Origin: a virus
DNA length: 30,835 nucleotides
Strand: one strand, 5' to 3'
Virus record (IMG/VR): IMGVR_UViG_3300015608_001846
Span: 120,001 to 150,835 of that record
Part shown: positions 6,619 to 15,365 of the stretch, one piece after another
Numbering within the stretch: position 1 is the first letter of the stretch
How the letters are laid out: the number at the start of each line of letters is the position of its first letter
Notes under the pieces: generated by a model
What the model saw: the letters and a program-made list of their open reading frames with translations, nothing else
The model's database searches: none
Told to the model about the DNA's origin: nothing
Made by a program: the position numbers and the translations under genes

Positions 6619-9600
6619 TCAGACGAAGGCGATGCCGCTGCTTGTGATGATGAAATCAAGCGAGATGAATTCAATGACACGTGTTGGAACGATGACGACG
6701 CGGCCGCGCATGCGGTTAGCTTCGACATCCTCTTGCGTGTTGTTGGTTTCATTACAGACGACGCGGAACGTTTCGATACCAGCTTGGGCCTGGATCAGGC
6801 CAAGCTGCTGAACAGAGTCGCTAACAAACTTGTTCCTGACAGCCGGAGTGTTTTGATCGAACGCCAGCTTGTTAGCGATGCTGATGATGATTCGCTTGAC
6901 CTCAAGCAGCAAACGCCTGACGTTGACTCGATCCAAGGCTGACTTTGCAATCTGCAACGTCTTTTGCCCGTAGATGACATAACCCAACTTAGGGAACGTC
7001 GCAATGGGATTAATCCGCGAATCCTGCAGCCGATCACGATCAGGTACGCTGAGCCTGACCTCCACGTTTGTCACAAAGTCCAACGCAGCACGGTTGAAAC
7101 CAGCCGGAGCAAACCATGGGTAGGCTACTCGATCGTTGAAGGCCAACGCACCTAGCGCCGCCACAGACGCTGGTACCTTGACTCGTCGACGATTCGTCTT
7201 ATCGTCGATGAAAACGTTCGGAAAGTACGTTCCTGCGTAGTTGTTGTCGATGGCACGTGTATCGACAGCCGCGGCTGTCTTGTCCACGTCTGGCCTGTTG
7301 GTCGAGTCGTCATACAACCGTGTCGCTGTATCATCATATGACGGGATGTCCATGACGTAGAAGGCTAGGCCGTAATCACGAACCCGCTGCATCGCATAGT
7401 CGGTGATGAACGTCTCACGGATGCCTGGGACCGCCAAAACGTTGACGTTGACAGCCATCGGTTCCGTCATGATGTCGATCGCAGTGCGGTATGACATGAC
7501 GTTTGAGTTGTTCTGCCCGGTTCCATTCATGTTTGTCAACATGCCAGGCGAAACGTAGCTGGGTTCCGCGCCGCCCAGGGCATCGAACGACGTTGCCTTA
7601 TCGTTCATCCTGCGAGCGTCACGGTCGAGGAAATTGAGACCGTCGTAACCGCCAAACATCATGTTGGTGAACTTGGCGTACGGCGAGAACCTGTTAAAAT
7701 CGGGTGCTGTTCCCTTTGCCAGTAGCGTAGCAAACGTAATACGGTTACCGATGACACTGGGAATTGTGTAGCTGGCGAGGTCGATGTTAGCATCACGAAC
7801 GTAGGCCGCCTCACGCATGTGATCATTGATCGTACCCGTCAATTGTGAGATCGCTGTGTTCGAGAAGGCAACCTTGGCCAGAGTAAACTTGTTGTCATTG
7901 AACTGATCAGCGCCAGCGCCGGTGACCAAGACATCGAGCTTTTTGATGCCCATGAACTTGGTGAACGATTCAAGCAGGCGGTTCTTCTCGGTCGTGAGGT
8001 TTGGGTTCAACGGCGTCGTGTTACGTTCGAACTTGATTCCCCAATACAGTTGGGTCGTCGCTAGCTCAGTCGGCCCAGGCTGGCCTTGCCACGTTGCTGT
8101 GTTCGGGATCTCGCCTTTCGTTACCTTGAACCTGAACGGAACAGGGGGAAGGATCGATCCTGACAAGGCTGATCCAGAACTGATGCCAAGGACACCTGCC
8201 AGCCTTGGGTTCGACGGGGCCACATCTGTCAACAGATCATTTGTCTTGATGACTTCGATCCCGCGGAAGCCAAACGGCAACGCAGTTGCCGGGACCAGTG
8301 CTCGCTCAACAGCATCTGTCATGACGATCCTGACAAGCTTTGAAACGTTGTTGTAACGACCGAAGGTGACGATGCGGCGCTCGGAAGCGATGGTTGCGTC
8401 AAAGTTATAGGTGACCTTGCGATCACCGATCAGCTTGGCAACGTAGTTCTCTGCGTACGGATTGAGCGAACAGTTGGGGTACGACTCCAGGACGACTGGG
8501 GACGCATCTGTGTCGTTCCAGTCTCGGATCTGAACCGTAAACGTTCCATACTGATCTGATTCATCAAGCGATGCCTTGATGTTGGTGATCGAGATCTTGT
8601 AGAGCCTGTTAGCAAACTCTCCGTCGTCGATCGCCTCAAAGCTGAAGAGATCGTACTCAGTGGCACCGAAAGGTTGTGAGATAAACTTCGTCGTCTTGGG
8701 AGCGGTGAACCTGGTATCGTACGCACCGAAGGCCTTTCGCATCTCCAAAGAAGTGTTACCGGAGGAGGTGCTTGCACGAGCTGAGCCTGACAACACAGCG
8801 ACGACCGTCGCCGTTGCCAACTCATTGTCGACAGCAAAGTCTCCGTAGAGCAGGTGCTGTTCCTGCACCAATCGATCTGGATCCGTGTTTAAGACCTTAC
8901 CGAAGTAATCGGCGCTCGACGGATCGAACGATGCTGTCAAGATCTTAACGCCAGGGTTGTTGTCAGTATTGACAAATCCGTTACCCAACGTCGACGAGAT
9001 GACAAGCTTGAACTTACCGTTCACTGTCGTCGCAACGTCATCTGGACCCGCTGCAGTGAAGGCGCCGACGGCAGACTCGTTACCATCTAACACCATCATT
9101 CGCGCGCCCGAGGCCATCATCACCAAGCCTCGAACCAAGTTGACAGCTGCACCAGCATAAGACCGGTTGTCAGTGAACAGCGGCATACCGTAGGCCTCGT
9201 TAGCCTGCAAGGTGTGCTTGGCAACCAACATTTGGACAGCACCGGTGTGTCGTCCACGCGAGTCGTGCGCGGCGATGTTACCATCAAGGTAAAACCCAGC
9301 ATACTTGACACGACCGGTGGCATCAGACGTTGCGATGTCAGTCTCAGTTGCGTTGCCGCCCGCTCCTAGAACACGCAAGAACGTCAATGCAGACCGATGT
9401 GTCAGGTACTCCTTGACAGCATACGGGCCTGGACGCTTTTGATCAAGGTCACCAAAGATTGCTGAAAATTCATCAAAATTTGCCACCGTGACTGGAACAA
9501 AGGCGGGACCTTTGTTAGAAGTACTGATGACGCCCGCGGGGGTGCCGACTGGTCCGGTCAAGCGCGGCGCCGACAGATCGATCTCACGCTGGTAGAAGTT

Positions 9601-9630
9601 GGGTGACCTAAAAGTCTGTTCTTGAGGCAT
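6619..9630 (-). CDS. Tail sheath protein, gp18-like, paralog 2 (1003 aa)
   Basis: AGGAGAG RBS lies 7-8 nt before the ATG. The N-terminus is EIDLSAPRLTGPVGTPAGVISTSNKGPAFVPV. The C-terminus reads WFAPAGFNRA..INPIATF..YGQKTL..ALDRVNVRRLLLEVKR..FRVVCNETNNTQEDVEANRMRGRVVIVPTRVIEFISLDFII. It is clearly paralogous to 3434-6481 along its full length. Confidence 0.88.
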   Translation of the reverse strand: MPQEQTFRSPNFYQREIDLSAPRLTGPVGTPAGVISTSNKGPAFVPVTVANFDEFSAIFGDLDQKRPGPYAVKEYLTHRSALTFLRVLGAGGNATETDIATSDATGRVKYAGFYLDGNIAAHDSRGRHTGAVQMLVAKHTLQANEAYGMPLFTDNRSYAGAAVNLVRGLVMMASGARMMVLDGNESAVGAFTAAGPDDVATTVNGKFKLVISSTLGNGFVNTDNNPGVKILTASFDPSSADYFGKVLNTDPDRLVQEQHLLYGDFAVDNELATATVVAVLSGSARASTSSGNTSLEMRKAFGAYDTRFTAPKTTKFISQPFGATEYDLFSFEAIDDGEFANRLYKISITNIKASLDESDQYGTFTVQIRDWNDTDASPVVLESYPNCSLNPYAENYVAKLIGDRKVTYNFDATIASERRIVTFGRYNNVSKLVRIVMTDAVERALVPATALPFGFRGIEVIKTNDLLTDVAPSNPRLAGVLGISSGSALSGSILPPVPFRFKVTKGEIPNTATWQGQPGPTELATTQLYWGIKFERNTTPLNPNLTTEKNRLLESFTKFMGIKKLDVLVTGAGADQFNDNKFTLAKVAFSNTAISQLTGTINDHMREAAYVRDANIDLASYTIPSVIGNRITFATLLAKGTAPDFNRFSPYAKFTNMMFGGYDGLNFLDRDARRMNDKATSFDALGGAEPSYVSPGMLTNMNGTGQNNSNVMSYRTAIDIMTEPMAVNVNVLAVPGIRETFITDYAMQRVRDYGLAFYVMDIPSYDDTATRLYDDSTNRPDVDKTAAAVDTRAIDNNYAGTYFPNVFIDDKTNRRRVKVPASVAALGALAFNDRVAYPWFAPAGFNRAALDFVTNVEVRLSVPDRDRLQDSRINPIATFPKLGYVIYGQKTLQIAKSALDRVNVRRLLLEVKRIIISIANKLAFDQNTPAVRNKFVSDSVQQLGLIQAQAGIETFRVVCNETNNTQEDVEANRMRGRVVIVPTRVIEFISLDFIITSSGIAFV

Positions 9631-9668
9631 TACCGTGCTCTCCTGTGTCGGTGTTAAGAACCGCTACA

Positions 9669-9678
9669 GTAAGTATTC
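9669..9678 (-). promoter_or_regulatory. GAATACTTAC element, candidate phage (late) promoter, 38 nt upstream of the sheath-2 ATG
   Basis: The exact 10-mer gtaagtattc (plus strand) recurs at 21746-21755. Both copies have an identical 38-nt spacing to the start codon of a major structural gene. Confidence 0.35.
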
Positions 9679-9698
9679 ATCGCGCAGATGAAAGCTGG

Positions 9699-10997
9699 TT
9701 ACGGCATGTCTTCTGTCGCGATGATCGATAGGCCTCCCAGGTCAGGCGTCGCTGACATGACAGTCTCACCGGTGAAGCGATTCGTCGTCACCACACGTGC
9801 GTAGCTCTCGGTGCGGTTACCTCGAGCATCGACACCGGTGATCTTACGGTAACGTGCAGGCGCAGCCCTGCCCAAGGCTTTGATCGCGGGATCGTCTGGG
9901 TTGTCGACTCCGGGACCTGGATATAGCCGCGTCGATCCATCATCACGAGCATCCCGGCGGCGTGGACGCTCGCCGGTGAGAGGTAACGTCGGATCGTCGG
10001 CACCCAAAAATGCAGGTTCGCCTTCGCCCAGAGAATCATCAGCAAGTGTCGGATCGACGCCCACGTCAAACGAGACGGTCGGTACTGAAACGTAACGTTT
10101 GATTGGAACGGGAGCACCCGGGACACGTGAAGCAAGGATGTAACCTAGAACCTTGACAGTGAACTTGTGTTTGATGATCCTCTCTTCGTTCGACATGTCA
10201 TCGACGTTGGTCTCAGCTGTGTAGACGTTTTCGTCGACGTGTGCCATGAACCAATATCCCTTAGGCGTCTCAAGCCTCCATGACTGTCCTTGTGGCAGGA
10301 ACGAACTGATCAGCTGCTCCAACAGCTGGACCATCTGAACTGTGTACTGCGTCCAAAACGTCACTTCGTACGTTGCTGTGTAGAACTGAGGTGAGGGGAC
10401 CACGATGGTCTCATAGACATTTCTTTGTCGATCAGCTAACAACAATCCACCTGATCGAACGACTGGGTCCTGTGCCAGGTCACCCAACTCTCGGCCGGGT
10501 GACACCGAACCGTCGTTAGTGGGTTCGACGAGCCCTTCTTGATTCGGAATCAACAATCGATTGATAAGCCGTTGGTACTGACGGTCCGATTTGTCTAGCC
10601 TGCGCTGGATGTGTATCTCACCGGTCTGCTGGTTTATCCCTCTACCGGTGATGTCATTGGGTCCAGATTGTTCGATCGACGTCCTGACGACAGTGATCAA
10701 CGGTAGGATCAACGTGTTGTTCCTGTCACGCAATGCGCGAGTTCGCTTCTGCAACGCCCACTTCTCACCCGACGCAAAGATGACTGGGACTCGAGAGTTG
10801 CCCGTTGACGTCTCTTGGTTCGAGGAGACCGTAAACTCGATCTCTTTATCAAACAACTTGAACAACGAACTGTCGACGTCTTCAATTCCCACGGCTGGGA
10901 TCGACAAATCGACAGGCGAAGAGTCAACACCGTACCCAGAAGGTAGGCCCGCCACTCCAAACCGTGACTGGCTGTTAGCGTTAAACCTCGTCGCCAT
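9699..10997 (-). CDS. gp15-like tail sheath stabiliser / tail terminator protein
   Basis: It lies directly upstream of the sheath genes. The segments VPVIFASGEKW, LILPLITVVRTS, YEVTFWTQYTVQMVQLLEQLISSFLP and IIKHKFTVKVLGYI parallel T4 gp15 (IRVPITYASKEHF, ILPRINLHL, YELSIFTRYEDDMFQIVEQILPYFQP, RIEWSLTFEVNGWMY, from memory). It is longer than T4 gp15 through a Pro/Asp/Arg-rich C-terminal extension. Confidence 0.65.
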   Translation of the reverse strand: MATRFNANSQSRFGVAGLPSGYGVDSSPVDLSIPAVGIEDVDSSLFKLFDKEIEFTVSSNQETSTGNSRVPVIFASGEKWALQKRTRALRDRNNTLILPLITVVRTSIEQSGPNDITGRGINQQTGEIHIQRRLDKSDRQYQRLINRLLIPNQEGLVEPTNDGSVSPGRELGDLAQDPVVRSGGLLLADRQRNVYETIVVPSPQFYTATYEVTFWTQYTVQMVQLLEQLISSFLPQGQSWRLETPKGYWFMAHVDENVYTAETNVDDMSNEERIIKHKFTVKVLGYILASRVPGAPVPIKRYVSVPTVSFDVGVDPTLADDSLGEGEPAFLGADDPTLPLTGERPRRRDARDDGSTRLYPGPGVDNPDDPAIKALGRAAPARYRKITGVDARGNRTESYARVVTTNRFTGETVMSATPDLGGLSIIATEDMP

Positions 10998-11007
10998 TCA
11001 TTAGTAC

Positions 11008-11682
11008 CTATTCGTCATAGAATGCGCTGCCGTGGTGTGAATCGTCAGCCAACGCTCCCCGCTCTGAGACCTCACGAGGACCGGTCAGCGGAGCGTCTAA
11101 CACACCGTTCCGTTGCAGGTCACGTACGTCTCCTGTCGGACCTTCTGAGTTCTCCACCTGTCCACGTTGCTGCACAAACGTCTTCTGAACTGCGTCTGCA
11201 TCGGTGTTGGTGATGTCAGTCGGGCCGTGTAACAACTCGCTGAACTGCCCCTCACGTGCCTTGGTCCCGACGACCTTGACGCCGGCCTTGTTTTCAGCCT
11301 GTCCGTAGATGTTCTTGACGATCGTCGAATCAGCGATCTCATAGAACACATCGTTGAAGGAAAAAAAGTCGCCGATGCAAACGTTGATCCCCTTGTCGGC
11401 CAGGTCACGGTACTGGATGAAGACCTCGAGCCTGTACTGCTGGTCGATGCCAAACTGGTTGACCTTCGTCTCGCTTTGGAACACGGCGTCGACCATTGCA
11501 TCGATGGCAATCGGATTGTCGAACACTTTCTTGATCGATTCATTGTAGACATCGTGTGCCAATGTCTTCAGCTCTGAGATCGGATAGTAGTAGACCTTGG
11601 CTCCGTTAACATCCTTGATCACTTCTTTGGTGATGTCAGAGATGAAGTTGAGCTCACGTGGAGTGATGAAGAGTCGAGCCAT
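11008..11682 (-). CDS. gp14-like neck protein (assignment mainly by synteny)
   Basis: It sits between the gp13-like and gp15-like genes, as in T4-type neck modules. The pattern ITKEVIKDV.G..VYYYPIS...T.AHDVYNESIKK...GDFFSFNDVFYEI resembles gp14-family proteins as I recall them. Confidence 0.5.
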   Translation of the reverse strand: MARLFITPRELNFISDITKEVIKDVNGAKVYYYPISELKTLAHDVYNESIKKVFDNPIAIDAMVDAVFQSETKVNQFGIDQQYRLEVFIQYRDLADKGINVCIGDFFSFNDVFYEIADSTIVKNIYGQAENKAGVKVVGTKAREGQFSELLHGPTDITNTDADAVQKTFVQQRGQVENSEGPTGDVRDLQRNGVLDAPLTGPREVSERGALADDSHHGSAFYDE

Positions 11683-11694
11683 GGACGAGCCTAA

Positions 11695-12612
11695 TTAGGC
11701 ATCCGGATCATTCTTGAACTCGGCGTCAGTGATCCGAATGAAACGCAGGCCCTCGGCGTCAAACCAGGCATCCTGCTGACGATCGACGAGCCATTTTCGA
11801 TAGATCCCCATGTCACGGCGATGACCCGACATTCCTGACTCTCTGATCAATTCGATGGGTCGATCGAGGCCGTGCCAGTAGACGCCGTCGAATTGAACGT
11901 ACGTGTCGATGCTCTTGATGTGAAAATCGATCGACCAGCGCTTGTTCATGACGACCTGGCGTTCGACATCATCTTCACCAAATTTCTCGCAGAGCAACTC
12001 ATAGAACGCGTTCTCGGGTTTCGATTGAAACAACGTTCCCTCGCGGGCGCGCTTGTGCAGGACCTCAGCTGCGTGTTCAGCGTTCATCTGATGGTACGGC
12101 ACCCCGTACTTTGCGATCGTACCTGAGATCATTGCCTCGCGGACGTGGACGAGCTGCATCGGGTATTTGACGCCCCAGTTCTTGATCATCGTTGCCTGAC
12201 GTTTTTTGACGATGTCAGGATGTGTTTGAGGATGATCTCCAAAGTTAGCGCGCATCGTCTGCATTGCTTTCGTTCGAACTTCAATCGACGATGGACCCTG
12301 CTCAACACCGTACTTCTTTTTCCACGTAGAACGCATCTTTTGCTTGCATGGCTCAGCCGCGAATGGATTTTCAGCACCGTAGCGTTCTACACAGGTTGCA
12401 GCCCGTTGACGCTCAATCACACCACCATTCTTGTGAGCAATGCTCTTGCATGCCTCAGAACAAGTGTGCACTTTTGTGTGTTTAGCATCAGCTATTGAGC
12501 CACGTGTTTCCCACTCAATGCCGCACACATCACATCGCAAACAAAGAACATTGTGTTTGAAAGATCTACCCAAGCGATCAACTCGAACACCAACCTTCAC
12601 ATCATAAAGCAC
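11695..12612 (-). CDS. Free-standing homing-endonuclease-like protein (zinc motif + YG repeats + Vsr/PD-(D/E)xK-type nuclease core)
   Basis: GTG start. It has an N-terminal cysteine cluster CLRCDVCG..HTCSEAC and degenerate repeats RYGAENPF, KYGVEQGP, NWGVKYPM, KYGVPYHQ. The C-terminal core is SIDFHIKSIDTYVQFDGVYWHGLDR. It is inserted between the gp13-like and gp14-like genes. Confidence 0.65.
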   Translation of the reverse strand: MLYDVKVGVRVDRLGRSFKHNVLCLRCDVCGIEWETRGSIADAKHTKVHTCSEACKSIAHKNGGVIERQRAATCVERYGAENPFAAEPCKQKMRSTWKKKYGVEQGPSSIEVRTKAMQTMRANFGDHPQTHPDIVKKRQATMIKNWGVKYPMQLVHVREAMISGTIAKYGVPYHQMNAEHAAEVLHKRAREGTLFQSKPENAFYELLCEKFGEDDVERQVVMNKRWSIDFHIKSIDTYVQFDGVYWHGLDRPIELIRESGMSGHRRDMGIYRKWLVDRQQDAWFDAEGLRFIRITDAEFKNDPDA

Positions 12613-12654
12613 ATTCGAATTGTAACTTACTCATGGCACTAAGCAAATCAATTG

Positions 12655-13863
12655 TTACCCAATTATCACGCTGCGTCCCAATGGCATCGGGATCAATCGC
12701 AACTGAGCTTGAAGCGACTGTGCCAATGAGACCTGTGCCTCCGTCAACGCCTTGTTCGTCAGCTTGCTCAACCATTCCTTGATCTGATCGCGCAATCGGT
12801 TTTGGTCCTCACGACCTTGTGCGACGAGCTCGGCGCCGTTGAGCTTGAGTTCAGCGTTCGGGATCGGAATCGTATCAAACTTGCTGCGATTCAGGCCCAA
12901 CAGCTCTCGACACAGGGCCAACGTGTATTGCCGAATCCACTGACGACCAGGTTGCGTGATGGTGCTAAACGGTAGGTTACCCAAGGGTACGTTGCTGGGA
13001 CCTGAGATGCCGTACAACGTAGAATCACCAACGCTGCCAGAGACCAGGCTGCCACCGATGGCTGTCGGATCCAGTGGGCTATTGGGTTTAGCAAACACCT
13101 TGACCCACAGCTTGCCTAGCTGGATGTTCGTCATCGGGATCGGATAGATCCTCAGGTTGCTACCGATGATGTCGTAACTGTAGTTCGATCGTCGAACACG
13201 GAATGCTGTCTCGAGCATGCCACGACGCAGGACGTCCTCAAAGACTGGCAGCACGTAGAAGACGCTGCTGTTGACGTATGATTCATAATTGAAGTTCGTT
13301 GCAAGGAAGTTGGTGATGTTGGAGGCATTGAGAAGGAACTGTTGGGCTGCCAACGGCTCAAAGTGGAACACCTCAACGATCCTCATCTTGCCGCGCGACC
13401 CTGATGGGATCGACAGCCACAGGTTTGAACCGCTAGCGGGCTCCTTGATGTCGCGGTAGATGTCATAGTCCTGCTGCCCGCCCACAAGATCGATGTAACC
13501 CAGCTGAGCATCATAAGAGCCCCCGAGGTATGCTTCGGTGGCATAGGGTTCTGCTAAGCGGATCAAAAACTCCAACGATTGCCTGGGATGTATGTTTGTC
13601 AGGTCGGTCGACCCAGTAGGCAGGCCTAGCACGTTGACCAATTCAGACTCAATCTTCATCTCATGGACGAGGCGCGAGTACTCAGCGACTGCTTCTTCAA
13701 AGCATGCCCAAATCTCTTTCTTTGTCAATTCGACAGACAGGACGTCATCACCCATCTTGCGCTTGACAAACGTCACCATACCATCAGCCTCAGCCTGGAA
13801 CTGGGCATCAGCGTCAAAGAACCCAAAGGGGGTTGGGTTTATCGTCTCAATGAATGAAGGCAT
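12655..13863 (-). CDS. gp13-like neck protein
   Basis: ATG 13863 with AAGGG RBS is preferred over the TTG at 13893. FVKRKMGDDVLSVELTKKEIWACFEEAVAEY parallels T4 gp13 [30 protein letters not shown]. The C-terminal RQWIRQYTLALCRELLG..LNGAELVAQGREDQNRLRDQI..PMPLGRSVIIG parallels [46 protein letters not shown] (from memory). Confidence 0.75.
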   Translation of the reverse strand: MPSFIETINPTPFGFFDADAQFQAEADGMVTFVKRKMGDDVLSVELTKKEIWACFEEAVAEYSRLVHEMKIESELVNVLGLPTGSTDLTNIHPRQSLEFLIRLAEPYATEAYLGGSYDAQLGYIDLVGGQQDYDIYRDIKEPASGSNLWLSIPSGSRGKMRIVEVFHFEPLAAQQFLLNASNITNFLATNFNYESYVNSSVFYVLPVFEDVLRRGMLETAFRVRRSNYSYDIIGSNLRIYPIPMTNIQLGKLWVKVFAKPNSPLDPTAIGGSLVSGSVGDSTLYGISGPSNVPLGNLPFSTITQPGRQWIRQYTLALCRELLGLNRSKFDTIPIPNAELKLNGAELVAQGREDQNRLRDQIKEWLSKLTNKALTEAQVSLAQSLQAQLRLIPMPLGRSVIIG

Positions 13864-13920
13864 GCCCTTAAATAACGGGGCGTTGCTGCACAAAGCAATC
13901 AGAACGAAGTTGTTACTGCC

Positions 13921-14508
13921 TCAGCGGCGACGACCGATGAGAGCACGAGCGAGGTCTCGTCCCGCAGAAACTGTGTTGTCAACGTGTTTAGCCTTGTAGC
14001 GTTCACGCAACGTTGTTGGGTTGACAGAGGTTGGTGCCTCCTTGGACGTGACTGGCTCAACCTGTTGCCCATTGACGTCAGTCTTCTCAACAACGTGCCT
14101 GGTGACCTTGGGCGTCTCCTCCTTAGGCTTGACGATGGGAACCACTGACACCTTGGGTGCGGTTGGCTGCACGTGCCTAACTGTCGACAACGATTCTGCA
14201 ACGACGCGGACCGGTTTCTTGAAGTTGATGTTGAATGACACCGGAGCGAAATAGCGATTCTCTAACAGGACCTCAACACGTGCGTTGTAGTTGCCCTCTG
14301 ACAATCGACCTTTCATCGAAGGAATGACAAACGCAACGACGTCAGGTTGGTCACACGCCCTGCCAGAGAACATGTAAGACACGTCAGTCGATTCGCAAAC
14401 CAACCGCACGCGTGCCGGTGTCGGATCTGTCCCTTCGACTGTCACGCGGAAGAGCAACTCATTGCTCTCCTCGGGATCAAGGACGATGGTTTCTTGGACT
14501 AGTTCCAT
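13921..14508 (-). CDS. Hypothetical virion-associated protein (beta-rich N-terminal half, Lys/Pro/Val-rich linker, basic C-terminus)
   Basis: 195-aa ORF on the same strand, tightly packed between fibre-block genes and the gp13-like gene. No family recognised. Confidence 0.55.
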   Translation of the reverse strand: MELVQETIVLDPEESNELLFRVTVEGTDPTPARVRLVCESTDVSYMFSGRACDQPDVVAFVIPSMKGRLSEGNYNARVEVLLENRYFAPVSFNINFKKPVRVVAESLSTVRHVQPTAPKVSVVPIVKPKEETPKVTRHVVEKTDVNGQQVEPVTSKEAPTSVNPTTLRERYKAKHVDNTVSAGRDLARALIGRRR

Positions 14509-14517
14509 CGATGCTAA

Positions 14518-14877
14518 CTATCGGCGTAAACGCTCAACAAACACACGAACGTGGTCCCACACTGAAGTCACACGTGTCGCAACGTGTTCGACAAGCGCTG
14601 ACACCGTGCCCGGGCGCACGTTGACGACGACGCTGCCTTCGACCCTGTGTGGAGGCGGGAAATCGTTGACTTCGATCAACTGGGCCCATATGACGACCTG
14701 CTGCAGGTCATCGACCTTCACACCTCCAGATCGACCGTGTGGTCGTCGTAGTAGCTCCTCAACGCCGGCAACGAATATTCCTGGAGGCCCTCCATAGCCC
14801 ATCGTGACTGGCCCGGCGCGCGCGACCACCGAACGACTGGGTCCCAATCCACGACAGACTATCCGGTTGGTGATCAC
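14518..14877 (-). CDS. Hypothetical small protein
   Basis: The GTG start lies 2 nt after the upstream stop, suggesting translational coupling. 119 aa. The competing plus-strand ORF 14462-14797 is less plausible in an all-minus operon. Confidence 0.45.
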   Translation of the reverse strand: MITNRIVCRGLGPSRSVVARAGPVTMGYGGPPGIFVAGVEELLRRPHGRSGGVKVDDLQQVVIWAQLIEVNDFPPPHRVEGSVVVNVRPGTVSALVEHVATRVTSVWDHVRVFVERLRR

Positions 14878-14879
14878 CG

Positions 14880-15365
14880 TCAGGCCTTCTGGCGCTCGAA
14901 GACAGCGTCCATCGAAGGATTACCTAGGTCATCAAACAGGTTGAACCGTGCCACCTCAGTGACGTTATCTTCCTTGTAAAACACCATCTGGTTCGAAACG
15001 ATCTTCCAGCGACCGTACGCTGAATCGTAGAGCTGACCTAACGTCCCCGACATGGTGTTGACAGTGCGGTGTACATCGTCAATCTTGGGGTTGTTTTCTT
15101 CGATGTTGAACTGCTCGATAGCGTAAGACGCCGTTGGAAACGCCGAGCCGGTGTCCCACACCAGCTGGCCCCGAAAGTCGTTTGGAAAGTTGATGTACGC
15201 TGCGTACAACCCGCTGCCCGACACCAGCTGGTAGACGCCTGCTGTCGTTCTGGGGGCGAGCGCGCTACCAGACACATCGTAGACAGTGTAACCGACCCCT
15301 GACGATCCAGTCGCATTCGATCGGTTACGTCCAAAGTTGCAATTCCTGAGTTGTTGCAACGCCAT
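14880..15365 (-). CDS. Hypothetical fibre-block protein
   Basis: Its ATG shares one base with the upstream stop (TGATG). 161 aa, Gly/Ser/Tyr-rich beta-type composition. Confidence 0.55.
   Translation of the reverse strand: MALQQLRNCNFGRNRSNATGSSGVGYTVYDVSGSALAPRTTAGVYQLVSGSGLYAAYINFPNDFRGQLVWDTGSAFPTASYAIEQFNIEENNPKIDDVHRTVNTMSGTLGQLYDSAYGRWKIVSNQMVFYKEDNVTEVARFNLFDDLGNPSMDAVFERQKA

Noticed and set aside
11695-12612. Group I intron or intein context for the HEG-like genes (also 22878-23657 and 25950-26699)
   Set aside because: The flanking genes are distinct, complete ORFs with their own starts and stops (gp13-like and gp14-like; endolysin and a small basic protein), not halves of one gene. 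No in-frame insertion into a host protein is seen. They are free-standing HEGs.
14462-14797. Plus-strand 111-aa ORF opposite ORF 14518-14877
   Set aside because: It would be a lone plus-strand gene inside a translationally coupled minus-strand operon. The minus-strand ORF starts 2 nt after the upstream stop. Neither has a recognisable family, so confidence in the minus call is only moderate.
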